Origin: Prevotella sp.
Lineage (GTDB): Bacteria > Bacteroidota > Bacteroidia > Bacteroidales > Bacteroidaceae
DNA: 47,214 nt
Direction of reading: 5' to 3'
Assembly (NCBI GenBank): GCA_022783515.1
Contig: JALEWR010000081.1
Coordinates: forward strand, 1-47,214
Every line of letters starts with the position of its first letter. Within the stretch, counting starts at the first letter, position 1. Positions 20,685 through 30,627 of this stretch are shown here, piece after piece. The notes beneath the pieces are model-generated. The model had not been told where the DNA came from, did not search any database, and saw nothing but the letters and a program-made list of their open reading frames with translations. Made by a program: the position numbers and the translations under genes.

Positions 20685-23035
20685 CAAAGTGGAGATATTC
20701 GGCTAAGGGTGCCGAGGCGTTTAATCATGCTTATACTTATTGTCTGATACATAACAATGAGTTTGTTCTTCCCGAACATCTTTTATTGGCAATGCTCGAC
20801 CAGGAAGAGTGTGTCAAAATCTTTTCCGACTTAAAATACGACCATGTTGCATTGCGACAAAAGCTCTCCGACTATATTGAAGGATTGGAGAAAGTGCCTG
20901 CATCTTTCAATTATACACCCGTATATTCGCTGCAGCTGAGACAGTTGTGCCGTCTGGCCCATCATATAACCAAGGAATCGGAGGCAGAAAATATCAGTGT
21001 ATGCTATATGATGGCGGCCATTTCAGGGTTGGAAGAATCTTATGCTCTCTGTTTTCTTCAAGAGGTTGCAGGAGAAGACTTGACCACGCTGATAGTAGGT
21101 TTAATCGGTATATACGAAGATGACAGCAATTATTCGGCCTCATCCAATGCCTTTATCGATGAGTTGGAATACCTCATGGATGACGAAGAAGAGGAAGAAG
21201 ACAATTACGATATTGAGCCTTTCGATGCAGAAGAATACGAACGCCTGACGGGTATGTTCAGTCCGGAGGGGCAAGAAGAATCCCTCGTTCTGAAAGCTCC
21301 TTATCTCTCTTGTCTTAATCAAACCTATATGAACCACAATCCGCTCATCGGCAGAGAGGCGGAGCTGGAGCGAACCATTCAGATTCTTTGTAGAAAAGAC
21401 AAGAACAACGCCCTGTATGTGGGCGAACCGGGTGTGGGTAAAACGGCTGTTATCTATGGCTTGGCGGCGATGATTGAGAGGGGAGATGTACCCGAACGAT
21501 TGAAAGGCTGTCAGATTTATCAGTTGGACCTGGCGGCATTGCTGGCCGGCACGCAGTATAGGGGCGACTTCGAGAAACGTATTACCGAGGTGATGAATGC
21601 GATGGAGAAACTCGATAATGTGATAGTCTATATCGACGAGATACACAATCTTGTGGGTATTGGCAGCATAGGCGAAAACTCGATGGATGCTTCCAACATT
21701 CTGAAACCTTATTTAGAAAGCGGGAAAATACGCTTTATCGGTTCTACCACCTATGCCGAATACAATCGCTATTTTGCCAAGAGTATGGGCATCGTAAGAC
21801 GTTTCCGGCAGATTGACATTGCCGAACCCACCATCGAACAAGCCGTTGAGATTGTTAACGGTTTGAAAGAAAAATACGAGGAGTTTCACCATGTCACCTA
21901 TTTGCCCGGCGTTATCGACTTTACGGTGCGTTCGAGTGCGAAGTTGATCAGCAACAGATTTCTGCCCGACAAAGCCATCGACCTCATCGATGAGGCCGGT
22001 GCCTATCGTCAGCTGCATCCGCAAGACAGTGCCGGGCAGACGGTAGACGAGAAATTGATTAACGAAATATTGGCAAAGGTGTGCAAAATCAATGCCGAGG
22101 CGATGAAAGAAGAAAGCAACGAGACGCTCAAAACCTTGCTGCCACGCATCAAAAGCCGCATCTACGGGCAGGATAAGGCGGTGGATGCGGTGGTGGAAGC
22201 CGTGCAAATGGCGAAAGCCGGACTGATGGACGACAACAAGCCGTTGGCGTCGTTGCTCTTCGTGGGACCCACAGGTGTGGGCAAAACCGAGGTGGCAAGG
22301 GTCTTGGCACAGGAGTTGGGCATCGAGTTGGTGCGTTTCGATATGAGTGAATATGCAGAAAAGCATGCTGTGGCCAAGCTCATCGGCTCGCCCGCAGGAT
22401 ATGTGGGCTACGAAGATGGCGGACTTCTTACCGATGCAATCCGTAAGTCGCCCAACTGTGTTTTGCTGCTCGACGAGATTGAAAAAGCTCATCACGACAT
22501 CTATAACATCCTCTTGCAGGTGATGGATTATGCCAAACTCACCGATAATAAGGGGCAGAAAGCCGACTTCCGCAATGTGGTACTCATCATGACCAGTAAT
22601 GCCGGTGCTCAGTATGCTTCGCAGGCAGCCATAGGGTTTGCAGGTAATGTAAGCCGTGGAGAGGCAATGTTGCAACAGGTAAAGAAAACCTTTAAACCCG
22701 AATTTATCAACCGCCTGTCGTCTATCGTGGTCTTCCGCGACATGGACAGACCCATGGCACAACTCATCATGCAAAAGAAATTGGGCGAATTGCACGCTAA
22801 GTTAGTGGCTCAAAAAATAGAGTTGACCCTCGCCCCCGAGGTGGAAGAGTTGTTGTTAGAACGTGGCTTTACGCCTCAATATGGTGCAAGAGAGATGGAT
22901 CGTGCCATTGCCGGTCTTCTCAAACCTCTCCTTACTCGTGAAATATTGTATGGCGAGTTGAGAAAAGGCGGTAAGGCGAGAGTGGAGAAGGCGAAGGAAG
23001 AAGGCGATGAACTGGTCGTGAAGGTGATAGGATAA
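20681..23035 (+). CDS. clpA: ClpA-type ATP-dependent Clp protease ATP-binding subunit
   Basis: Two AAA+ modules (GEPGVGKT, IDEIH; GPTGVGKT, LDEIEK), IGF loop, YGAR, no middle domain, coupled to clpS. Confidence 0.9.
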   Translation: MTKWRYSAKGAEAFNHAYTYCLIHNNEFVLPEHLLLAMLDQEECVKIFSDLKYDHVALRQKLSDYIEGLEKVPASFNYTPVYSLQLRQLCRLAHHITKESEAENISVCYMMAAISGLEESYALCFLQEVAGEDLTTLIVGLIGIYEDDSNYSASSNAFIDELEYLMDDEEEEEDNYDIEPFDAEEYERLTGMFSPEGQEESLVLKAPYLSCLNQTYMNHNPLIGREAELERTIQILCRKDKNNALYVGEPGVGKTAVIYGLAAMIERGDVPERLKGCQIYQLDLAALLAGTQYRGDFEKRITEVMNAMEKLDNVIVYIDEIHNLVGIGSIGENSMDASNILKPYLESGKIRFIGSTTYAEYNRYFAKSMGIVRRFRQIDIAEPTIEQAVEIVNGLKEKYEEFHHVTYLPGVIDFTVRSSAKLISNRFLPDKAIDLIDEAGAYRQLHPQDSAGQTVDEKLINEILAKVCKINAEAMKEESNETLKTLLPRIKSRIYGQDKAVDAVVEAVQMAKAGLMDDNKPLASLLFVGPTGVGKTEVARVLAQELGIELVRFDMSEYAEKHAVAKLIGSPAGYVGYEDGGLLTDAIRKSPNCVLLLDEIEKAHHDIYNILLQVMDYAKLTDNKGQKADFRNVVLIMTSNAGAQYASQAAIGFAGNVSRGEAMLQQVKKTFKPEFINRLSSIVVFRDMDRPMAQLIMQKKLGELHAKLVAQKIELTLAPEVEELLLERGFTPQYGAREMDRAIAGLLKPLLTREILYGELRKGGKARVEKAKEEGDELVVKVIG

Positions 23036-23056
23036 GAGGACATCACCCATGTCCTA

Positions 23057-23160
23057 TCTTACCCCCTAAAGCCAATTTATCTTATCCCTAAGTCCATTGC
23101 TCTTGTCCCTGATTTCATTTTGTCTTGTCTCTAAGGTCGTCTTTTCTTATTCCTAAGTCG
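23057..23160. repeat. About 22-bp-period array (TCTTRTCCCTAAG-type)
   Basis: tctt..cta units at 23057, 23080, 23101, 23123, 23145. Confidence 0.7.
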
Positions 23161-23183
23161 ATAACACATCATCGTTGAAGGAG

Positions 23184-23266
23184 CAATTCAGTCTTAACTG
23201 TCATGCAGTTGAGGCTGAATTGCTCTCCAATTTAGACTGCAATGCACAGCCATTCAGCCTAAATTG
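23184..23266. repeat. 22-bp-period array (CAATT-N7-AATTG cores)
   Basis: Cores at 23184, 23206, 23228, 23250. Confidence 0.8.
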
Positions 23267-23548
23267 TGGTGCGAAAGAATGTCTGTCATCTTTTTTTGCA
23301 GTATTTGCGGCATATAAAACAATGAAACTTTCAGCGTAGACAATAAAAGGGAAGAGTGGTAGTTGGCAGGAGTAGAAGAGGAAAGACGGACATGGGTTAT
23401 TGTGCTTTGACAAGATGAAGAAGCAAGGCATGCATCCGTTCACTTCATCACGAAGTGAGTTAACTCCCATTAACTCAAAAGAAAAAGAAATATTTTTTGT
23501 GTGTTTTTCAAGAAAATTGTAATTTTGTATGCCATAAACTCTCTATTT

Positions 23549-24883
23549 ATGGAAAATCAAGAAAAACAACTCAAGGGTTTGATTTATGGTGTGAATGACC
23601 AGCCGCCATTGCGTGACACGCTCTTTGCTGCCGTGCAGCATCTGTTAGCCATCTTTGTTGCCATCATCACGCCGCCGCTTATCATTGCTAAGGCGTTGGA
23701 TATGGATTTAGCTACAACAGGCTTTTTAGTTTCAATGTCTCTTTTTATCTCGGGTGTTGCCACCTTTATACAATGTAGGCGGATTGGCCCTGTGGGCTGT
23801 GGTCTGCTTTGTGTGCAAGGCACGAGTTTTTCTTTTATAGGCCCCATCATTGCCATTGGAAATGCAGGTGGTCTTCCTCTTATTTTTGGTGCATGTATAG
23901 CTGCGGCTCCTATCGAAATGGTGATGAGCTATTCGTTTAAGTATCTGCAACGCATCATTACGCCTTTGGTGAGCGGTGTGGTGGTAATGCTCATCGGTTT
24001 GAGCTTGATTAAAGCCGGTGTAATGTCGTGTGGAGGCGGTAATCCTGCCGATCCCGACTTTGGCAATATGAGCAATCTCATCGTGGCAGGCATCGTGTTG
24101 TTCAGTGTGATGTTGCTCAACTGCAGTAAGAACAAGTATATCCGTATGAGTTCCATCTTCTCGGGCGTACTCATCGGTTATCTCGTGGCGTTGGCTATGG
24201 GTATGGTGAACTTTGATGCTTTGGCCCTTTCTGATGTAGAAGCATTCTATGTGCCTGTGCCTTTTAAGGAAGGCTTGGACTTCAATGTGTCGTCTATCAT
24301 TGCCGTGGGCTTGGTTTATCTGGTTACTGCCATTGAGGCTAGTGGCGACGTGACAGCCAATTCGATGGTGTCGGGTGAGCCTGTAAAGGGCGATGTATAT
24401 GTTAAGCGTGTGTCGGGCGGTGTCTTGGCCGATGGTATCAACTCGATGATAGCAGGTGTTTTCAGTTCGTTCCCCAACTCAATCTTTGCACAAAACAATG
24501 GAATTATTCAGCTCACAGGCGTTGCCAGTAGGTATGTGGGCTATTTTATAGCAGGTATGCTCGTTATCTTGGGCTTGTTCCCTATCGTAGGTATCATATT
24601 CTCGCTCATGCCATCACCGGTGTTGGGCGGAGCCACTCTCTTGATGTTCGGTACTGTTGCAGCAGCAGGTGTTCGCATCGTTGCATCCCAGAATCTTGAC
24701 CGCAAAGCCATGTTGGTCATTGCAGCGAGTCTGTCGCTGGGTATGGGTGTGGAGTTAATGCCGCAGATATTACAACAATTCCCCGAAAGCGTTCGCACTA
24801 TCTTCTCATCGGGTATCACCACCGGTGGTCTTACTGCCATCATCACCAATGCCTTGTTGAATTTGGTGGGAGAGAAGAAGTAG
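23549..24883 (+). CDS. NCS2/NAT family xanthine/uracil permease
   Basis: QH motif, signature FAQNNGIIQLTGVASR, multiple TM segments, next to xpt; -7 box at 23520-23527. Confidence 0.92.
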   Translation: MENQEKQLKGLIYGVNDQPPLRDTLFAAVQHLLAIFVAIITPPLIIAKALDMDLATTGFLVSMSLFISGVATFIQCRRIGPVGCGLLCVQGTSFSFIGPIIAIGNAGGLPLIFGACIAAAPIEMVMSYSFKYLQRIITPLVSGVVVMLIGLSLIKAGVMSCGGGNPADPDFGNMSNLIVAGIVLFSVMLLNCSKNKYIRMSSIFSGVLIGYLVALAMGMVNFDALALSDVEAFYVPVPFKEGLDFNVSSIIAVGLVYLVTAIEASGDVTANSMVSGEPVKGDVYVKRVSGGVLADGINSMIAGVFSSFPNSIFAQNNGIIQLTGVASRYVGYFIAGMLVILGLFPIVGIIFSLMPSPVLGGATLLMFGTVAAAGVRIVASQNLDRKAMLVIAASLSLGMGVELMPQILQQFPESVRTIFSSGITTGGLTAIITNALLNLVGEKK

Positions 24884-24974
24884 GGAGAACAAACTTCCCT
24901 CGGCTTCATCGCTTTGCCTCGCTTGTAAAGCGACGAACAGCGGTCGTTGCTTTCCGTGGAGTTGAAATTTTAGC

Positions 24975-25010
24975 CTTATACGCCCTATCAGGTTATATAG
25001 GGTGTATAAG
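24975..25010. repeat. Family C hairpin, arms swapped
   Basis: cttatacgccctat ... atagggtgtataag. Confidence 0.7.
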
Positions 25011-25071
25011 TCTTATATTTTCAGATAAGAGATGTGAATAAATTACTAAAAATTCTCTAACAGTTTCTATA

Positions 25072-25638
25072 ATGGACAAACTAAAAACCCGTATACTTCA
25101 AGACGGTAAATGCTTCCCCGGAGGCATATTGAAAGTAGACAGCTTTATCAACCATCAGATGGATCCCAACTTAATGATGGAGGTGGCAAAGGAGTTTGCA
25201 GCCTTATTTGCCGATTGCCACATCAATAAGATTGTAACCATCGAAGCCAGTGGCATCGCCCCTGCTATCTTGGTGGGCTATATCATGCAATTGCCGGTGG
25301 TCTTCATCAAGAAGAAAGAACCCAAAACAATGGAGAATATGCTTACTTCGGTGGTTCACTCTTTTACCAAAGACCGTCAGTATACGGTGTGTATCAGTGG
25401 CGATTATTTGACCAAGGACGACCATGTGCTTTTTATCGACGACTTCTTGGCCAACGGTAACGCCTCGATGGGTGTCATTGATCTCTGCAAAAAGGCGGGT
25501 TGCAAGCTCGAAGGCATGGGCTTTATCATCGAAAAAGCCTTCCAGAAAGGTGGCGACACCTTGCGTGAGCAAGGCATACGATACGAAGCCTTGGCAACAG
25601 TGGAGAGCTTGGACAACTGCGAAATTGTTTTGCGATAG
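25072..25638 (+). CDS. xpt: Xanthine phosphoribosyltransferase
   Basis: [35 protein letters not shown]. Confidence 0.95.
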   Translation: MDKLKTRILQDGKCFPGGILKVDSFINHQMDPNLMMEVAKEFAALFADCHINKIVTIEASGIAPAILVGYIMQLPVVFIKKKEPKTMENMLTSVVHSFTKDRQYTVCISGDYLTKDDHVLFIDDFLANGNASMGVIDLCKKAGCKLEGMGFIIEKAFQKGGDTLREQGIRYEALATVESLDNCEIVLR

Positions 25639-25693
25639 GGTAGAAGCCGATGGTTGACAGACCCATCGACGAGAGGAACCGGTGGGCTGAGCC

Positions 25694-25750
25694 AAGCAAG
25701 AAAAGGAGGAAAATGTGTTACAAATACACATTTTCCTCCTTTTCTTGCTT
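25694..25750. terminator. Bidirectional terminator between xpt and the YccA gene
   Basis: Perfect 25-bp inverted repeat aagcaagaaaaggaggaaaatgtgt / acacattttcctccttttcttgctt. Confidence 0.75.
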
Positions 25751-25789
25751 TATTATCGCTACTATTGATTCGCGATAAGCCTCTTTTCC

Positions 25790-26503
25790 TTATTCTTTTC
25801 TTCCAAAAATGCGGAGCAGGTAGATAAAGAGGTTGATGAAATCGAGGTACAAGGTGAATGCTCCCAATAGGGCAATTTTCTGTGCTTCCTCGTTCATGTC
25901 TTGGCATTGTGCCAACATCATCTTAATCTTTTGTGTGTCCCATGCGGTCAATCCCACAAAGATAAGTACGCCCACATAGCTTAAAATCATTTCCAAACCA
26001 CTACTTTTGAGGAAGATATTCACCACAGTGGCGATAATCAAGCCAATCAATGCCATCATCAATATTTTGCCCATACCCGACAAGTCGGCTTTGGTAAAAT
26101 AGCCATAGAGCGACATGGCACCGAATGTTCCTGCAGTAATAAAGAACACTTTAGCGATGACGGCCGTAGAGTAAATAACAAAAATCGATGAGAAGATAAT
26201 GCCATTCAGTGACGCATAGGCCACAAACAGTAGGGTAGCGATGGGCAATGATAATCGGTTAATCGCTCCGGAGATACCAAAAACCAAGGCAAATTGTGCG
26301 ATGATGATACCCCAGAACACCAGCTTATTGCTAAAAATAGTTTGCATCAAGGCCGGAGATTCTGCCACACCATAGGCCATGATACCTGTAATGAGCAGTG
26401 CGAACGACATCCACACATATACTTTACGCATGAGAGCGGGGAAAGCCAACGAGAGCATTCCTTCTTTTTCTCTGATCATTCTTTCAAGTTCTTGTACTTC
26501 CAT
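25790..26503 (-). CDS. Bax inhibitor-1/YccA family membrane protein
   Basis: Seven hydrophobic segments, KVYVWM, AWDTQKIK, LYLDFINLF. Confidence 0.93.
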   Translation of the reverse strand: MEVQELERMIREKEGMLSLAFPALMRKVYVWMSFALLITGIMAYGVAESPALMQTIFSNKLVFWGIIIAQFALVFGISGAINRLSLPIATLLFVAYASLNGIIFSSIFVIYSTAVIAKVFFITAGTFGAMSLYGYFTKADLSGMGKILMMALIGLIIATVVNIFLKSSGLEMILSYVGVLIFVGLTAWDTQKIKMMLAQCQDMNEEAQKIALLGAFTLYLDFINLFIYLLRIFGRKE

Positions 26504-26730
26504 TGTTTTTATTCTTTGTTTTGTTATAATTTGTGAGTTCTCTTCTTTCTATCTTTTTGCTCGTCGCATTCCGATAGTTTTATGATGTTTTCATACAAAT
26601 TTAATGCAAAAACACGCCAGCTCGACATTTTGGCAGTGTTATTAATGAATATTAAGAAATAGGAATGACTACTGAACAGCTCAATGTGGAGGTTCGTTGG
26701 GTATATTTGTGTGTGTTGTAGCTGAAGTTG

Positions 26731-26843
26731 TTTTAAGAGCAACGATACACGCAATTTATTTTTTAAGAGCATCGACACAAACAACTATTCACGACTCTAA
26801 GGAGTTGATATTATTTGTTGTGATAATTTGTGTGTGTCGTTGC
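26731..26843. repeat. Family A palindromic repeat, degenerate reverse copy of 30628-30745
   Basis: ttttaagagcatcgacacaaacaactattcacgactctaa...attatttgttgtg...tgtgtgtgtcgttgc. Confidence 0.85.
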
Positions 26844-26868
26844 CGGAATAAAGTCCATCATCCCGTTC

Positions 26869-26924
26869 CGCCGTGGCATAGTTCAAACAAGTTTGACTCT
26901 GCTCATCTGGTTTGACAAAACGTT
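26869..26924 (-). repeat. Family B structured repeat
   Basis: cgccgtggcatagttcaaacaagtttgactctgctcatctggtttgacaaaacgtt; aligns with 33528-33584 and 43696-43752. Confidence 0.85.
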
Positions 26925-26931
26925 TATTTAT

Positions 26932-26973
26932 GGCAAAAAAAAATATCGGAAACCCTTGTTTGCAGGATTTCCG
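26932..26973 (-). terminator. Terminator downstream of tRNA-Asn
   Basis: cggaaaccct..aggatttccg stem followed on minus by a T9 run. Confidence 0.65.
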
Positions 26974-26976
26974 TTT

Positions 26977-27053
26977 TGGCGCTTCAGGATGGGCTTGAAC
27001 CAACGACCCCCTGATTAACAGTCAGGTGCTCTAACCAACTGAGCTACTGAAGC
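26977..27053 (-). tRNA. tRNA-Asn(GTT), CCA encoded
   Basis: GCTTCAG acceptor stem, TAGCTCAGTTGGTTAGAGC D arm, CCTGA-CTGTTAA-TCAGG anticodon arm, GGTTCAAGCC T arm, ends GCCA; -7 box at 27074-27081. Confidence 0.97.
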
Positions 27054-27312
27054 ATGTTGCTTGATTGCGAGTGCAAAGGTATATCGTTTTTTTGAAACCT
27101 GCAAGTATTTTGCGGAAAAATTTTATTGAATGAATAAAATATAATAAAAAACGAGGTGATGGGACAGCTTTCAAATCATAAAATCGTACTTTTGTATAAG
27201 TAATGCAGGCTAAATTGATGGCTTCATCTATAGTGGGGTGGAGATTTCGGTCAATGTTCAGTCAATTTTAGTCATTATTTACGCGAAATTGTTCTTTTTA
27301 CATCACATCAGA

Positions 27313-28977
27313 ATGAAGAAAATACTATTGAGTTGGTTGTTGGGTTGGGCTCTCTTGCCTGCCACTGCCCAGAAGGGAGCTGACCACAATTTTGAGGCAG
27401 CCAAAAACTTAGACGTGTTCAACACCATATATAAGCATCTCGACTTGATGTATGTCGACACCATCGACGCACAGCAAGCGGTGGTGAGTGGCATTGATGC
27501 CATGCTGCGAAGTCTGGACCCTTACACGGTGTATTATCCCCAAGATAAGATGAAAGACTTTAAATTTATGATTACAGGCAAGTATGGCGGCATCGGTTCG
27601 GTGATTTCTTATAACCAGCAGCTCAAGCGAGTTATCATACAAGAGCCTTACGAGAATATGCCGGCTGCAGAAGTAGGACTGAAGAAGGGCGATATTATTC
27701 TTGCCATTGACGATAAGGATATGACCGCCAAAGCACAAGACTATGTGAGCGATCACCTGCGTGGCGACCCAGGAACAAGTTTTATTCTCAAGATCAAACG
27801 CCCTTCTACAAACAAGATTCATAAGTTTAAGATTACCCGAAAGGCTATTCAGACGCCTGCCGTGCCTTATTATGGACTGCAAAAAGAGGGCGTGGGCTAT
27901 ATCAATCTCTCGTCGTTTACCGAAAATTGTTCGCGTGATGTGCGAAGGGCTTTTGTGGAAATGAAACAAAAGGGCATGACTTCGCTTGTTCTCGACCTCC
28001 GCAACAATGGAGGCGGTTCGGAGCAAGAGGCGGTCAATATCGTCAATATGTTTGTTCCAAAAGGCATATTGGTGGTATCCAACCGTGGTAAGATGGAACG
28101 TGCCAACCGCGATTATAAAACCACTGTCGAACCTATCGACACCGTTATGCCTATCGTTGTGTTGGTAAATAACAACTCGGCCAGTGCCAGTGAGATTACT
28201 GCCGGTGCTTTGCAAGATTTGGACAGAGCCGTTGTTCTCGGCACAAAAACCTACGGAAAGGGTTTGGTGCAGATGACCATGGACATGCCTTATAATGGTA
28301 TGCTCAAGCTCACCACCAGCAAATATTATATTCCCAGTGGCAGATGTATTCAGGCTATCAACTACAAACAGGGTAAAGCCAACGACTCGGAGGTTATTCC
28401 CGACAGCTTGACAAAGACATTTTATACAGCCAAAGGGCGTGAAGTACGCGACGGCGGAGGTATACAGCCCGACGTGGTGGTGCAACCCGACTCGATGTCG
28501 AACCTCGTTTATTATCTTGCAGGGGTGAGAGACTCTAACGAGTTGTTGCTCAATTACGAACTGGATTATATCGCTGCCCATCCCACCATTGCACCTGCTC
28601 ATGAGTTTTCCATTACCGATGCCGACTTCGAGGAGTTTAAACAGCGTGTGGTGAAGGCCGGTTTTAAATACGACCGTGAGAGTGGCAGACTCTTGAAGTC
28701 GTTGGTGAAGATTGCCAAATTGGAGGGTTATTATGACGATGCCAAGGCTGAGTTTGAGCAATTGGAAAAGAAACTGCAGCATAACCTTGCCAAAGACCTC
28801 GACTTTAACAAAGAAGCCATTAAGCGAGTGATTTCGCACGATATTGCCACCGCTTATTATTTCCAAAAAGGAGGCATACAAAACTCGCTTATCGACGATA
28901 AGCAGATGAGCGAAGCCGTGAAGCTGTTAAAAGATCAACAACGCTATCAAGATGTCTTTAAGGTGGTATCTCGCTAA
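27313..28977 (+). CDS. S41 family C-terminal processing protease with PDZ domain
   Basis: Signal peptide MKKILLS, LDPYT, GGIG, DLRNNGGG, SASASEI, TYGKGLVQ, GGIQPD; -7 box at 27187-27194. Confidence 0.94.
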   Translation: MKKILLSWLLGWALLPATAQKGADHNFEAAKNLDVFNTIYKHLDLMYVDTIDAQQAVVSGIDAMLRSLDPYTVYYPQDKMKDFKFMITGKYGGIGSVISYNQQLKRVIIQEPYENMPAAEVGLKKGDIILAIDDKDMTAKAQDYVSDHLRGDPGTSFILKIKRPSTNKIHKFKITRKAIQTPAVPYYGLQKEGVGYINLSSFTENCSRDVRRAFVEMKQKGMTSLVLDLRNNGGGSEQEAVNIVNMFVPKGILVVSNRGKMERANRDYKTTVEPIDTVMPIVVLVNNNSASASEITAGALQDLDRAVVLGTKTYGKGLVQMTMDMPYNGMLKLTTSKYYIPSGRCIQAINYKQGKANDSEVIPDSLTKTFYTAKGREVRDGGGIQPDVVVQPDSMSNLVYYLAGVRDSNELLLNYELDYIAAHPTIAPAHEFSITDADFEEFKQRVVKAGFKYDRESGRLLKSLVKIAKLEGYYDDAKAEFEQLEKKLQHNLAKDLDFNKEAIKRVISHDIATAYYFQKGGIQNSLIDDKQMSEAVKLLKDQQRYQDVFKVVSR

Positions 28978-29022
28978 GCGAAAGGTCAGCTTTTCATCCC
29001 CCTCGTGGGCTGAAACGCTTTT

Positions 29023-29127
29023 CAGTTGAGGCTGAATTGTTGAGGGATTGAGGCTGAATCGTTGAGGAATTTAGTCTTAATTGAAAAGCAACATAGTCTG
29101 AATTACCGGGCAAAAGATAGCGAAACG
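29023..29127. repeat. 22-bp-period array (CAATT-N7-AATTG-type cores)
   Basis: Cores at 29023, 29045, 29067, 29089, 29111; first core identical to that at 23206. Confidence 0.8.
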
Positions 29128-29188
29128 ACTTTCAGTATCTTAGGTTTTGTTCTGCCCATGAACAGCAATTAACCCCATTTACGAGAAA

Positions 29189-30556
29189 ATGAAACAGATA
29201 TTATTGGCTGTTACAGCCCTTATTTCAGTGTCAATCTCCCTACAAGCACAAGGCAGCGACAACGTTGCCGATAGTGTATCGGCTTCCTATACATCCGTTG
29301 CCGCCGATGCCTCAGATGCCCGTTCTTGTTCGGTTGTCAATATCTCTCATGCCACAGCACCCCTGTCTTACGACGCTTTGTCTGTTCCCGATACCGTGTC
29401 TTTTAAACCTTGTGCGAGAGGAAGGTGGTTGGACGGGCTGGCTGACAAACGATGGTTCAAAGCCACCTATTTAGGTGTGCCGCTCATTGCTGCAGGACTT
29501 ATCGAAAGAGGTTATGACCGAGAGTTTAGACTATTAAGGAATTCGTATATTCCCGATTTTCGCCGGAAGGAAGATAACTTTAGTCAGTATCTGCCTTTTG
29601 CTGCTCTGATAGGCATGAAGGTTGCCGGTGTGAGAGGCAGAAGCTCGTGGAAGCGAATGCTCATTAGTGATGCTATCTCGGCAGGTATTATGGCTGGTAC
29701 GGTTAATACCATGAAACATACGATTCATTCGCCTCGTCCCAACTTGTCGGACAATAACAGTTTTCCCTCGGGACATACCGCCACGGCTTTTATGGCGGCA
29801 ACGATGCTGAATAAAGAGTATGGGCATTTAAGTCCGTGGGTGGGTATCGGAGCTTATACCAGTGCCACTGCCACCGGGCTGATGCGTATTGCCAACGACA
29901 AGCATTGGTTGAGCGATGTGCTGGTGGGTGCAGGTATCGGTATCTTAAGTGTGGAACTTGGCTATTGGATTGCCGACCTTATATGCAAAGACAAGGGACT
30001 TTATTTTGAAGATACCAAGAACTATTATGAAATGGTTGAATGCAAACCCTCGTTTGCCGGCTTGTATATGGGTTTTCATATTCCCTTGAGTAACTATCCT
30101 ACTTCTGTAGGTGTGAATTATACAACCACGCAAGGAACAACAGCCGGGCTGGAGGGGGCTTACTTCTTGAATCGTTATTGGGGTGTGGGCGGACTATTTA
30201 CAGTGTCCAATCTCCATGTTATCGTTGATGATAAACAGGCTTTAGAACCCACGCTCAATTTTTTTACACTCATGGGAGGACCTTATTTCAATTTTCCCTT
30301 GAGTAGGCGTTGGGCTGTAGGCAGCAAGCTCTTGGCGGGGAGAGCATGCCATTCCACCTTTTCAACCGGCGAACATGATATTAAGGGTAACAAGGGATGG
30401 GCCGGGGGAACAGGTGTCTCGCTGAGCTATCATGTAAGGAGACATCTCAGACTGAAAGGTTTTCTCGACTATTCACTCTTGCCACCGCCCAACGAATACA
30501 GTAGTAAGAATATGCACAACATGACCTTGGGCATGTTGGTTTCGATGTGTTTTTAG
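29189..30556 (+). CDS. PAP2 family phosphatase with signal peptide and C-terminal beta-barrel-like domain
   Basis: KHTIHSPRP, SFPSGH, RIANDKHWLSDV; C-terminal amphipathic strands ending in Phe. Confidence 0.85.
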   Translation: MKQILLAVTALISVSISLQAQGSDNVADSVSASYTSVAADASDARSCSVVNISHATAPLSYDALSVPDTVSFKPCARGRWLDGLADKRWFKATYLGVPLIAAGLIERGYDREFRLLRNSYIPDFRRKEDNFSQYLPFAALIGMKVAGVRGRSSWKRMLISDAISAGIMAGTVNTMKHTIHSPRPNLSDNNSFPSGHTATAFMAATMLNKEYGHLSPWVGIGAYTSATATGLMRIANDKHWLSDVLVGAGIGILSVELGYWIADLICKDKGLYFEDTKNYYEMVECKPSFAGLYMGFHIPLSNYPTSVGVNYTTTQGTTAGLEGAYFLNRYWGVGGLFTVSNLHVIVDDKQALEPTLNFFTLMGGPYFNFPLSRRWAVGSKLLAGRACHSTFSTGEHDIKGNKGWAGGTGVSLSYHVRRHLRLKGFLDYSLLPPPNEYSSKNMHNMTLGMLVSMCF

Positions 30557-30627
30557 TCCAATTGGATTGTTCTTTTCTCGTTTATAGAAAAGTGCGTTTA
30601 TGCAGCAACAATACACACACAACATGG

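Noticed and set aside
23270-23548. Purine riboswitch upstream of the permease-xpt operon
   Set aside because: No purine aptamer consensus is visible and the -7 box lies only about 20 nt before the start codon.
26600-26976. Integrative element at tRNA-Asn
   Set aside because: No integrase and no duplicated tRNA 3' end were found; the flanking genes are housekeeping.
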